From: Amphiscolops sp. MND2022
Lineage: Eukaryota
Reading direction: 5' to 3'
NCBI GenBank assembly: GCA_964187785.1
Contig: OZ076410.1
Coordinates: forward strand, 51,150,001-51,214,000
DNA length: 64,000 nucleotides
Part shown: positions 1 through 11,935 of the stretch, piece by piece
Position numbering within the stretch: position 1 is the first letter of the stretch
Layout of the letters: every line of letters starts with the position of its first letter
Position numbers and translations under genes: made by a program
The notes under the pieces: model-generated
The model's input: the letters and a program-made list of their open reading frames with translations, nothing else
The model's database searches: none
Told to the model about the DNA's origin: nothing

Positions 1-333
1 ACTGAGACGTTTAAATCTCTGATGGAAAGGAAGTCGTAGCCTACATAGTATTCTTTTATTACAACCACCTATTCATACAAACGAATATCTTCATTACCTG
101 AATATAACTACTTTCATGAATGGAACCTGCCAGCGACATTCAAGAAATTTCCTTCCTTTTGTAGCCAATTTACTCCATGGATCACGCATTCGCATGCATT
201 TTCACCTTTTCATTCATATTTTATCCTATTTCCTTCATTTATTTATCAAAGCGATCTCAATGGTTAGTTTCATGGCTGTACCTGCACGGACCGGTGGTCT
301 TTGATTGTGATTATTTACCAACTGTTAGTGTTA

Positions 334-339
334 GCAAAC
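334..339 (+). repeat. Left target-site duplication GCAAAC of the Polinton
   Basis: Direct repeat of 14738-14743, immediately outside the AGT terminus. Confidence 0.88.
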
Positions 340-1080
340 AGTAATAAGAGCGTGAGCAGATCAGGTGGGGGTGGAAGACCCTCATGTTTTAAGATAGACT
401 ATAGCCGTTCGGCTCGAGCCCAGGCCGAGAAGGGTCTTCTCAGGCCACGACTCGCTTCTCGGGTGGTGCTGGCTCGTGCTGCCGACTTGAGTCGTGCTCA
501 ATTCTGATTTGTTGAGTACTCAGCTCGTGCTGAATCGGAGCCGAGTGGTTGATATGTTGTCAATGTATAAGGATGTGCTCAATGTATCAAGATTGGGAAT
601 AGCTTCGGCAATGTTTTAGGGTAAGGAATAGCTTCGGTAATGTTTTACGATAGTGAACAGGGTTTTTCGGCACTTTGGCAAATTTTCGGCACTGTGGGAC
701 TTTGTTTAAAAAATTATTTTTAGTGGCCCGGCCGCCCGCGGGAGTAATTTTACCTGCCCCCGCAATATTTTATCCGCCTGCGGAATTTTTTATCCGCCAC
801 CGGGAAAATTTATCCGCCACCGGTATTTTTATACGCAATTTCGACTGGTTTCCGTGCTCGATTCTGATTGGCAGGTCTGATTGTCTCAATGTATAAAGGT
901 ATGGAAACGAGTGTCTTCTGATATATCAAGATATGCTATAGCTTCGTCAAAGTATAAAGATAGGAAAAGAGTAAGTGTCAAGGAAAAAAAAGAGCTAATA
1001 TGTCAGCAATGTATTAAGATCAGGAATAGGGTTTTTCGTCACCATGGGACATTTTTCGGCACTGCGAGATTTTGGGCAAA
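340..1080. repeat. Probable ancestral terminal inverted repeat region with internal sub-repeats (mirrored at ~14020-14737)
   Basis: Non-coding. GCTCGTGCT motif repeated at ~470-530; ~29-bp duplication at ~598-655; ~20-bp unit containing TTTATCCGCC x4 at ~760-835; partial direct repeat of 570-700 at 890-1080. Confidence 0.6.
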
Positions 1081-1310
1081 ATGAAATTTTGTGAGCACGA
1101 AGACCCAGGGGAATGTTTTCACCCACAAGCGCAAATGTTAATGATAGTGTGGGAGTTTTTTTTCGCCTGTGGGAACTTTTATCAACAGAGTATGTTGAGC
1201 TAGATACTCAACTGCTCTGGATTGATAAAAAACCTTTTATTGGAAAAACATTGCAATTAATCTGTATGAATGAATCAATTCCAATGCTACAAAATGTACA
1301 GAAATGTTGA
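1081..1310 (+). pseudogene. Small Polinton accessory ORF, convergent with PolB (mirror at ~13795-14030, - strand)
   Basis: ATG AAA TTT TGT GAG CAC GAA GAC... gives MKFCEHEDPGECFHPQAQMLMIVWEFFFACGNFYQQ, with in-frame stops downstream; function unknown. Confidence 0.4.
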
Positions 1311-2080
1311 ATGTTAATCAGACGAGAGTGACGTTCATTTTTTTAAAAACAATAGGTTTTAGGTAAATTTTAGTAAAAGGTCTTTTGTCTGTTCGTACAT
1401 GCCCATATTGCCAGGAATAGAACAAAGCACTGACGTCACGTCACACTCTCTTGCAAAACTCTTCCATATTTGGAAACGGGACAATCACCGCTGCTTTCAA
1501 TTTATCTCTTTTTCAATCAGTTGCGGTAAAAATTGAGTGAGTGAGAACCACAAAAGCACGTCTTGCAGCACCCACACATCAAGTCCGGGCGACATCATGG
1601 ATCGAGCTTGTTATGCTTCGTTTATTTCGATCAGCAAGTACGGAAAGAAATAGACAGTAGGCATTTGTCAAACACTTGTCCTTACAATGAAAAACTCACA
1701 GGGTGAACCACTCTTCTTTCATTTGGGATCATGTACAATCACACAGTTCCCTCTCGGTTTAGGCAATATATAGTGAGTTGGTGTCTGTTTCAAGCATTGC
1801 TTTAACATACAAACACCACAAGGATTGACGGAAATGTAGTAATAGTTCTCGAATCAGCATTCTGCAGGAGAAAATAAGCGTGTGTTCGCAGTGTTAATTC
1901 TTCTACAGTCGCACATTGATAAAAGTCAATCATTAGACTGATCCCATCCATACAGTTTTGATATACGATCTACTGACCACTTCTCATTTCTTGTCAGTCA
2001 GTCACAGACCCCAAAAAACCGTACAGAAAATTCAATGAAATTTTATTGAACAAGTCGTTCTTTAGTAATAACGTGCAAAA
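1300..2080 (-). pseudogene. Protein-primed DNA polymerase B, C-terminal palm/thumb fragment (left-arm copy)
   Basis: LETDTNSLYIA (degenerate motif C, xDTDS) at ~1760-1795; mirror of 13000-13795; stops and frameshifts. Confidence 0.75.
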
Positions 2081-2199
2081 CCCAAGCTCCAACAAAAGAA
2101 AGTGTTTTAGGATGTGTCAACTGAGGATTAAAGGGTGACTGACAACTCCTGCTTCCTGACTCGTGTCTAACAAACTAGTAAATTGTATGCTTTGCGATG

Positions 2200-2680
2200 A
2201 CAAATACGATACTGCAGTGCAAGAGACTGGGGTGGCGAGAAATAATCAGTCTATCTTTTTTTGTCTCCTAGGGTGAAAATCTCGTGGTTGTGAGCAATAA
2301 GTCTGGTACCTTCACGGATAATAAGTTCCAAGCGGTACAACTTGCAATTTTTGTAAGGTGTGGACAAGGTGGCAGTCGTAATTTGGTCTTGACACGTTCA
2401 AGTCTCCCTCCTGGAACGATTGTAAGGCTTAGTAAGAAATTATGCTGATTGAACATAGTAGTTGTATCTGGATTTCCAATTTCCCTCAGCTGAAGCTGCG
2501 ATTGTGTGATGTTTTGGTTTGAATAACGAAAAAGGACGTTTTCAACAATAACCACTGAAATAAAGTGTACACAGTAAATTTGATGGATTTAAAACTCGAT
2601 TCTATTGGACTCAAAACAAAATTATGCAGTTGCGTTCGTTGAAAGCATAATTTGCGCAATGTAATAATTATTAAGTATCA
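2200..2680 (-). pseudogene. Polinton accessory ORF of unknown function (left-arm copy)
   Basis: Mirror of 12466-12959; LFRYSNQNITQSQLQLREIGNPDTTTMF. Confidence 0.45.
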
Positions 2681-3989
2681 AAACATGGAAAATGACACAT
2701 ATCGCAACAAATCTGTATCGCTACGGAAGCAACTCGATTGTTAAGCTGTTAACAGAATAATGAAAAAATGGCGGAACGTTCGGTCAGCAATTTCAACCTA
2801 CCTTTTATGGAAGGTATGACTCAGTTTACCATGAAAGGGAGCGTAAGCCAACCATAAAAGGAAAAAGTAACTGCGTACTAGAGTCAGCGTTGCCTGTAAA
2901 GTATCTGTCAGTCAATTTCTATCTCTGTGAAAATTAATAGCTCAAGTATGTGATTCAACTGTCGGAAACAGTTTAAAATGCCCATTTAACAAGGAAGGAT
3001 CAACCGGGAAAAAACGGATCAGCTTGCAAACATCCTTCTAAAATAGAAAACTACGGAGGGACAATTTGCAATTGAACACTGTAAAAATTAACAGCGGAGC
3101 AATATTGAACATTTCATTGAAATTGTAATAAGATTGAAACAGTGATTCAGACAAACAACACTTCACAACCATGTAAAAGGAACGTAAAAAGTTATAAATT
3201 AGAAGGGGTAAAGGGTTAGGGTCATTTTGCACTCTGTTTGGGACATTGAGTGCAAAATAATCTCCCAACGGAACATTTCGTTTTGAGAGGTTTTGCTTTG
3301 ATACACGAGTTCCACAATTGTCGCAGGCAACTGTTTGATTTCAATCAAGAGCAGGCTTTATTGGCAGCGGGTGTAACAAGTGTTTATCTGAAAGCAAGTG
3401 TATCGTAACAAAAGTGTAACTCTAAAAACAAGCAACTAGATTTGTAACAGAAACTTCAAACAAGAAAGCCAGCAAATAGAATAGTAACAGAAAGTTGTAA
3501 AAGATTTAATCTGAAAGCGAGCAGCTATTTTGTAGAACTGTAATATTTTGAATGACTTGAAAATTGTTGAAATTTCAGTTTACAAAATTGTTAGACCATA
3601 TACAGAAGGTATGAGTCACTGAACCAAAAAAGGAATAGCTTTCCTACCATAAAAGGAAAAAGTAATTACGCACTAGCGTTAGATTTTCCTCTCAAGTACC
3701 TGTCAATCACTTTTAATCTCTCAAGGTATTTGCTCAAGTGTAACAAATTTCTCTCAAGGGACGCTACATTGTCTGAGAGAAATTGCTCAAGTGGAACAAA
3801 TTCACTCAAAAAGACACCGATACGTCTGGGAAAACCTCTCAAGTGGAGCAATTATCATGTCATAAAAGAAAAGTAGGGTGGGTAGTTGGCAGCTGGTTAC
3901 CCTTTCATCTTGCATTCCTTTAATTAGTTTCCATAAATAAAAAATGAATGACGTTCAAGTTTGATTGCTTTACAAAAGTAACACTCACA

Positions 3990-5010
3990 ATCGTGCAACG
4001 GAGTGCGGTAAAGAGCGCTTGAATGTTTGCTACAAAGTAAATGTGACTGTTGTAGCGTAGCAACCTAACAGTACTGGAATGCTTCTGCTTCTCTCTCATG
4101 TAGAGCTGAAAAACGTTACAAATTCTTTCTTCTGACCTTTCATTCCTGTGCAGTTGTATCGCCAAGGATTTGGAAACAGTTAAAAGGTCACAAGTGTTTT
4201 GATTACAATTGAGACAATTAACAAATCAATCCTTCAAAAGATGGTCCGGTAAAAGTGCATTCCTACAACCCATTGGAATATTCTTTAGTGAAATTGCAAA
4301 AACTGTAACCTTTGTCAACTTCCAAAACTGCCATTTCATGTTGACCATTCCACGGGGACAAGCTGTTATGACATTTTGTGAAGCAATCATTGCTTTAAAA
4401 TGCTTCAAGTCGTCCCCTGTAATCAACAGTTTGTATTTCTCCCACAATGAATTTTTTCCTTGAGGATGAACAAATCGACAGCGTGAGTCCTCAAAATTTT
4501 CCATTACGAAAATTAAAGCTACATTGAATTTAGCTGCGTATTTCAAGTGACCAAGTAAGTCATCCAGCTTGGAATTGAGCTTTTCGATACTGAAAGGTTC
4601 TACTGCGCAGTTGAATGTAACGTGATCTCCTTGCTCCAATTTTCAATCAACCAGAAATTGCTGATACGCACATGGAACATTTTTAGTGTCCGCGCCGATG
4701 GGATTGTTGCGAAATGGACGTGCACGTAGACAGAACAACCGAGTTCCCAACATTTTTTGTTGAATGCTCCCTGTTTTTGGGTTGTGCTGGTAGAAAAAAA
4801 CCCAAGAATTTCTGTGTGACACATTTTACATTTTTTTACTTTAAGCTTCACATTTTGCTGCTTCACAATACTGCAAATCAGGTCAGCTTGGGTTTTTGTT
4901 GAGAAATTAAAGTAATTGTGACAGTAAATACTTCAAAAAGAACATCTTTGTTATACAGAATGCTTCCTTTCTGTTTGTGTTCCAGTTTTTTTAAGTAAAG
5001 CTCATCCATT
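3990..5010 (-). pseudogene. pPolB N-terminal region with C2H2-like zinc finger (left-arm copy)
   Basis: CKMCHTEILGFF, then AAKFNVALIFVMENFEDSRCRF...WQFWKLTKVTVFAISLKNIPMGCRNALLPD and VRLLRYNSHIYFVANIQALF; frameshifted. Confidence 0.7.
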
Positions 5011-6093
5011 TCCACTAACAACACGCATTGTAACGATGTAACGCAACAAATCTGTATCTCCACGGAAGCAACTCGTCAGTAAAACGGTCAACAGAATAAT
5101 GAAATAATGGCGGAAAGTTCAGTCAAACCTTCATTCTGCCTTTTATGGAAAATATGAGTCACTGAACCATTGAAGGAAGTGTCAACTTACTTTAAAAGGA
5201 AAAGTTAATTACGCTATAGCATCTGCGAACCCTCTGAAGTACCTGTCAATCATTTTTCTCCTCTGTGAAAGTTGATTGCTCAAGTAGAACACGTTCCTCT
5301 GAATAACGACTAGGAAGTCCGGGAAGACGTCTCAAGGGGGACAAATCCCCTCAGTAGAACGTTGTTGTGTCTGAGAAAATAACCCAAGCGGAATAGATCC
5401 CCTGGGAAAGACGTCACATAGTCTGAGAAAGCTACTCTTGTTGAATAATTTCCCTTAGTAAGACGCGGCATCACAATTCAAAACAATAAATTATCATTTT
5501 TATAGATAGATAGCATGCGTAACTGACAAAAAATACACTTTTGTCTTTTCTCTTCAAATATCAACTTTCAACAAAAAAATTTCTCAGAAATCCCAAAAAT
5601 GGAAATGTTCAAATGTCATCCCTAACGTAGCAAAATCTTTGTAAATTGGTAGTAGCACGAGTATTAATGATACTGTTATTAGAAACGCGTATCATAGTCA
5701 CAAGACTTCTCACACTGATCCATTGTGGGTTGAATCAATAAAAGTCAATAACAAACTAATTCTACTTGGCTTTGTATTAATGCATTTAATTGCTTAAAAG
5801 TTTCGCATTATTCGATGGGCTAACAAAACGAAAAAATTTTACGTTACACAACCAAGAAAATGATTGTTTATAGACCAACAAATAGTACACCTTACGTTCA
5901 ATATAAAAGAGCTTTCCTATGTAGTGTATCATTCGTGATTTTTGTATCAAGCTCATTGTATTTGATCAATCAATGACTCTGCAAAACAAACAGATCTTGC
6001 TCACAAAGCACTCATCCCCTGGATTAACTAAAACCTGTGTTTAAGTTGAAATATTTTAATTTTTCTTTGTAAAACAAAACAATAGACAGCAAA

Positions 6094-6536
6094 TCACCGA
6101 TTAAATAGTTGCACAGTCCATGTACCAAACGTTTTTGCCTTTCTTTCAGCCCAGTGAAGAGTTGTTCGGTGTCTGTAGGGATAGCTGGAACACAACCAGT
6201 CACAATTGAGTTCTTGAATTTTTGGACATCCATAGTCATGTAAATTTTCGACCTGCTTACCCAGTAATGCGCTCAACATTGTGGAATTTTCCAATTCTAT
6301 TGCAAAGAATTCGGCTCTGTACTGCTTGAGGGTAGTCGAAAACTTTATAAGGTCATAGTAGTCCAGAGCACCGCTTCTCTAATCAAACTATTTGTGCACC
6401 AATGTGTTTGGAATGTTGGTTGAAAACTTGTTGGTGGTTCGAGCGATTATCCAAATACTTGTCCGTCAATGAAAACGCCCAATTCTTCAACATCATTTTT
6501 GTCTGCAAGCTCAACATCCATCACGATCAGAGACAT
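6094..6536 (-). pseudogene. DEDD-like (DxE) nuclease-fold accessory ORF, left-arm copy
   Basis: MSLIVMDVELADKNDVEELGVFIDGQVFG...ALDYYDL...GKQVENLHDYGCPKIQEL...CSSYPYRHRTTLHWAERKA; one frameshift near 6380. The nuclease assignment is inference from the hydrophobic-DxE start. Confidence 0.5.
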
Positions 6537-7026
6537 TGTTGCAACTTTACAGAGACAACATTGATTGGAGCTAACAATCTGGGTCACACTTGGTGTCGAT
6601 CCAAACTTTGTAAGTCAAAATGTAAGCAAGCAACTTGTTTGTACGACAGTGAAAATCAAAGTGAACTGAAAATGACAACTAAAGAAGGTAGTAGTCATTT
6701 TAGCATATAAGGTAATCCTTATTTGACGAAGTCTTCGCAAAATGGAGAAGCGTCATACTACCGTATATGGAAGCGTCAATCTACCATATATAGAAACGGT
6801 AATCTAGGGCTAGCTCAAGTGTTCTCTCAAGTACTCGTGGAAAGTTTTTCAAACTATTGAGAGATCTCTCATTCGGAAGACCAAATGCGTACAATTGTAT
6901 CGTTATAACTTCAAAGGACGTTACTTTGTATGGGAAAACTGCTCACGTAGAGCGACTGAATTTCATCCGAGGTTCTTTGTTTTTTCATCTTCCGTACCTC
7001 CTTATCTTCATTACATTTCAATTTTT

Positions 7027-7951
7027 CATGCGCAGAATTTTTATGCAATGACAATTGATTGCACAAAAAAGTATTTGTTTTTATTTATGACGCTTTTATA
7101 CAATTTGCTTTTAAACATGACACGGCCTAGAAATTTTACTTTTAAATCTGACGCGTTGTAAAAGTTTTACGTTAAAATCTGACGTGTTGTAAAAATTTTA
7201 CTTTAAAATCTGACAAGACGAAACAATTTCACTTTAAAATCTGACAAGAGCAAAAATTTTACTTTAAAACCTGACAAGACAAAAAATTTTTGCTTCAAAA
7301 CTTGTCTTTTTAATTATGTATCGCAAGTGCAAAATTTGACGTTTTTACGGAGCGACCAAAGAGAACAGGGACTGTAGTAAAGTTAACAAGACTAATCCAA
7401 TTGTGCAAACTGTAACATAGGAGTAGAACATAGCAGTCGGAACAAATGCCAATCTTTGGCGAAGCTTAAAATGCACTTTTGCAAGTATATATTTTTTATT
7501 GTGTCACATTTTAAAGTAAAAATTTTACAACGTGTCAGATTTTAAAGTGAAAAATTTACAACACTTCAGATTTTAAAGTGAAATATTTACAACGTGTCAG
7601 GTTTTTTGCAATTATTTTACAACGCGTCAGATATCACACGAAATAAAAAAATTGAAAAGACAAATTTGAAGGGCGTTTCTATTTTTTAAAGACAGGTTTT
7701 CACCCATTTTACTCCGTAGAAACGACAAATTTTGCACTTTCGATACATTCTTAAAAAGACAAGTTTTGAAGCAAAAAACTTTCGTCTTGTCAGAATTTAA
7801 AGTACAAATTTTACAACACGTCAGGTTTAAAAGTAAAATTTTTACGCCATGTCATATTCAAAAGCTAATAGTATATATACCGTCCTTGTTGAAAACAAAA
7901 TTTTTATGTGCAATCATTTTTCATTGCATCAAAATTCTGCGCAAGATCTGA
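7027..7951. mobile_element. MITE/fold-back-like inverted-repeat element in the palindrome spacer
   Basis: TGCGCAGAATTTT(T/G)ATGCAATGA at 7029 is inverted at ~7921-7943. ~31-bp units (TTTTACTTTAAAATCTGAC...) x5 at 7131-7290, reversed at ~7500-7632 and ~7785-7850. The left terminus is clipped by the palindrome arm. Confidence 0.65.
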
Positions 7952-8616
7952 AAGGTGTTGTAAAAAGTCGAACTAGTTTGTGATAGCAATATCAATGTGT
8001 TCCAATGATAGTATTGCTTCCCTGGTGATGTTCGGAATTTGCAACCAGCATCAGGTGACTCCGTGTAACAACTACTCTGACAGTGCTCTATGAAGGTTCT
8101 GATGGTTACCTAATATGGGTTAAATTGAAATGTAATGAAGATAAGGAGGTACGGAAGATGAAAAACAAAGAACCTCGGATTAAATTCAGTCGCTCTACGT
8201 GAGCAGTTTTCCCATACAAAGTAACGTCTTTTGAAGTTATTACGATACAATTGTACGCATTTGGTCTTCCGAATGAGAGATCTCTCAATAATTTGAGAAA
8301 CGTTCCACGAGTACTTGAGAGAACACTTGAGCTAGCCCTAGATTACCGTTTCCATATATGGTAGATTAACGCTTCCATGTACGGTAGTATGACGCTTCTC
8401 CATTTTGGGAAGACTTCGTCATATAAGGATTACCTTATATGGTAAAATGACTACTACCTTCTTTTGTAGTCATTTTCAGTTCACTTTGATTTTCACTGTC
8501 GTACAAACAAGTTGCTTGCTGAGAGATTTACTTTTTGATTTACAAACTTTGGATCGACACCAAGTGTGACCCAGATTGCTGGCTCCAATCAAAGTTGTCT
8601 CTGTAAATCTGCAAGA

Positions 8617-9059
8617 ATGTCTCTGATCGTGCTGAATGTTGAGCTTGCAGACAAAAATGTGGTTGAAGAATTGAGCGTTTTCATTGACGGACAAGTATTT
8701 GGATATTTGTTCAAACCACCAACAAGTTTTCAAACAACTTTCCAAACACTTTGGTGCACAAATAATTTGATTGGAGAAGCAGTGCTCTGGACTACTATGA
8801 CCTTATAAAGTTTTCGACTACTCTCAAGCAATACAGAGCCGAATTCTTTGCAATAGAATTGGAAAATTCCACAATGTTGAGCGCATTACTGGGTAAGCAG
8901 GTCGAAAATTTACATGACTATGGATGTCCAAAAATTCAAGAACTCAATTGTGACTGGTTGTGTTCCAGCTATCCCTACAGACACCGAACAACTCTTCACT
9001 GGGCTGAAAGAAAGGCAAAAACGTTTGGTACATGGACTGTGCAACTATTTAATCGGTGA
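8617..9059 (+). pseudogene. DEDD-like accessory ORF, right-arm copy (DxE reads NxE)
   Basis: MSLIVLNVELADKNVVEELSVFIDGQVFG...; C-terminal 66 aa identical to the left copy. Confidence 0.5.
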
Positions 9060-9849
9060 TTTGCTGTCTATTGTTTTGTTTTACAAAGAAAAATTAAAAT
9101 ATTTCAACTTAAACACAGGTTTTAGTTAATCCAGGGGATGAGTGCTTTGTGAGCAAGATCTGTTTGTTTTGCAGAGTCATTGATTGATCAAATACATTGA
9201 GCTTGATACAAAAATCACGAATGATACACTACATAGGAAAGCTCTTTTATATTGAACGTAAGATGTACTATTTGTAACGTAAAATTACTCCGTTTTGTTA
9301 GCCAGTTGCATAATGCGAAACTTTAGGCAATTAAATGCATTAATACAAAGTCAAATAGAATTAGTTTATTATTGACTTTTATTGACTCAACCCACAATGG
9401 ATCAGTGTGAGAAATCTTGTAATTATGATACGCGTTTCTAATAACAGTATCATTAATACTCAAATACTCGTGCTGCTACCATTTTACAATGATATTGCTA
9501 CGTTAGGGGTGACATTTGAACATTTCCATTTTTGGGATTTCTGAGAAATTCCTTTGTTGGAAGTTGATATTTGAAGAGAAAAGACTAAAGTGTAATTATT
9601 TGTCAGTTACGCATGCTATCTATCTTTAAAAAATGACAATTTATTGTTTTGGATTGTGATTCCGCGTCTTACCAAGGGATATTATTCACCAAGAGTAGCT
9701 TTCCCAGACTATGTGACGTCTTTTCCAGGCAATTTATTCCGCTTGGGTCATTTTCTCAGACACGCCAACGTCCTTTTGAGGGGATTTATTCCACTTGAAA
9801 GGTCTTCCTGGACTTTCTAGTCGTTACTTGAGAGGAACGTGTTTTCTTG

Positions 9850-10090
9850 AGCAATCAATTTTCACAGAGAAGAAAAATGATTGACAGGTACTTTAGAGGG
9901 AATGCAGATGCTATTGCGTAATTAAGTTTTCCTTTTAAAATAGGTTGATACTTCCTTTTATGGTTCAGTGACTCATACTTTCCATAAAAGGCAGAATGAA
10001 GGTTTGACTGATCTTTCCGCCATTATTTCATTATTCTGTTGACCGTTTTACTGACGAGTTGCTTCCGTAGAGATACAGATTTGTTGCGTT
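9850..10090 (+). repeat. Repeated ~250-bp cassette, copy A (related copies ~11330-11535, ~12185-12430; mirrored at ~5040-5285, ~3600-3800, ~2700-2945)
   Basis: Shared blocks ATTGACAG(G/A)TACTT(T/G)AGAGG, CCTTTTATGGT, TGACTCA..CTTCC; copies A and C also share TTCCGCCATT...GAGTTGCTTCCGTAG.GATACAGATTTGTTGC. Confidence 0.8.
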
Positions 10091-10109
10091 ACATTGTTAC
10101 AATGCGTGT

Positions 10110-11140
10110 TGTTAGTGGAAATGGATGAGCTTTACTTACAAAAACTGGAACACAAACAGAAAAGAAGCATTCTGTATAACAAAGATGTTCTCTTTGAAGT
10201 ATTTAGTGTCACAACTACTTTAATTTCTCAACAATAATCCAAGCTGACTTGGTTTAGAGCCTTGTGAAGCGACAAAATGTGAAGCGTACAGTAAAAAATT
10301 GTAAAGTGTGTCACACAGAAATTCTTGGGTTTTTTTTCCACCAGCACAACCTGAAAACAGGAAGCATTCAACAAAAAAAGGTGGGACCTCGGTTGCTCTG
10401 TCCACGTGCAGGTCCATTTTGCAACAATCCTATCGGCGCGGACACCAAAAATGTTCCATGTGCGTATCAGCATTTTCTGGTTGATTGAAAATTGGAGCAA
10501 GGAAATCACGTTGCATTCAACTTCGCATTAGGACCTTTCAGTATTGAAAAGCTCAATTCCAAGCTTGATGACTTAGTTGGTTACTTGAAATATGCAGGTA
10601 AAGTCAAAGTAGCTTTCGGTTTTGTAATGGAAAGATTTGAGGACTCACGCTGTCGATTTGTTCATCCTCAAGGAAAAAATTCATTGTGGGAAAAGTACAA
10701 ACTGTTGACTACAGAGGGATGACTTGAAACATTTCAAAGCAATGATTGTTTCAAAAAATGTCATAACAGCTTGTCCCCGCGGAATGGTCAACATAAAATT
10801 GCAGTTTTGGAAGTTGACAAATGTTATATTTTTTGCAATTTTGCTAAAGAATATTCCAATGGGCTGTAGAAATGCACTTTTACCGGACCATGTTTTGAAG
10901 GAACGATTTGTTAATTGTCTCAATTGTATTCAAAACATTTGTGACCTTTTAATTTTCTTCAAATCCTTGGCGATACAACTGCACAGAGATGAGAGGTCAG
11001 AAGAGAAAACTTGTAACGTTTTCCAGCTTTACATGAAAGAGAAGCAGAAGCATTCCAATGCTGTTAGGTTGCTACGCTAAAACAGTCACATTTACTATGT
11101 AGCAAACATTCAAGCGCTCTTCAACGCCTTTCGTTCCTAG
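10110..11140 (+). pseudogene. pPolB N-terminal region with C2H2-like zinc finger (right-arm copy)
   Basis: CKVCHTEILGFFFHQH...QHFLVD, then FNFA...KVAFGFVMERFEDSRCRF...KLTNVIFFAILLKNIPMGCRNALLPD...AVRLLR. This resembles the extension preceding the exonuclease domain of Polinton pPolB; the exonuclease and palm motifs A/B are absent. Confidence 0.7.
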
Positions 11141-11774
11141 ATTTGTGAGTGTTACTTTTGTCAACCAATCAAATTTAACGGCATTCAATTCCCATTTATG
11201 GAAAGTAATTAAAGAAATGCAAGAAGAAAGGGTAACCAGCTGTCAGCTACCCACGCTATTTTTCTTTTATGACATGATAATTGTTCCACTTGAGAGGTTT
11301 CCCCAGACGTATCGGTGTCTTTTCGAAGGAATTTGTTCCACTTGAGCAATTTCTCTCAGTCAATGTAGCGTCCCTTGAGAGAAACTTGTTACACCTGAAC
11401 AAATATCGTTCAGAGAGATTGAAAGTGACTGACAGGTACTTGAGAGGGGAATCTAACGCTAGTGCGTAATTACTGTTTCCTTTTATGGTAGGTAATCTAT
11501 TCCTTTCATGGTTTAGTGACTCATACCTTCCGTACATGGTCTAACAATTTTGTAAACTGAAATTTCAATCATTTTCAAGTCATTCAAAATATTACAGTTC
11601 TACAAAATAGCTGCTCGCTTTCAGATTAAATTTTGTACAATTTTCTGTTACAATTCTATTTGCTAGCTTTCTTGTTTTGAGTTTCTGTTACAAATCTAGT
11701 TGCTTGCTTTTAGAGTTACAACATTGTTACAATACGCTTGCTTTCAGCTAAACACTTGTTACGCTCGCTGCTAA

Positions 11775-11935
11775 AAAAGCCTGCTCTTGATCGAAATCAA
11801 ACAGTTGCCTGCGACAATTGTGGAACTCGTGTATCAAAGCAAAACCTTCAAAATGAAATGTTCCGTTGGGAGATTATTTTGCAATCAATGTCCCAAACAG
11901 AGTGCAAAATGACCCTAACCCTTTACCCCTTCTAA
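11775..11935 (+). pseudogene. Second copy of the extreme pPolB N-terminus (mirror at ~3230-3360, - strand)
   Basis: PALDRNQTVACDNCGTRVSKQNL, then after a frameshift CSVGRLFCNQCP: a pair of CxxC motifs. Confidence 0.5.

Larger units (their letters stand above)
340..7024 (+). repeat. Left arm of ~6.7-kb inverted repeat
   Basis: Colinear reverse complement of 8122-14737. Mirrored ORF pairs include 6094..6294(-)/8859..9059(+), 6857..7051(+)/8106..8288(-) and 4226..4639(-)/10492..11080(+). Roughly 85-90% identical by eye. Confidence 0.97.

Noticed and set aside
325-333. Apparent extension of the inverted repeat beyond the AGT termini (TTAGTGTT)
   Set aside because: Short AT-rich match outside the TSD; the TSD and AGT termini define the true ends
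7131-7290. ~31-bp repeats as a CRISPR array
   Set aside because: Units are contiguous tandem copies with no unique spacers, there are no cas genes, and the context is eukaryotic
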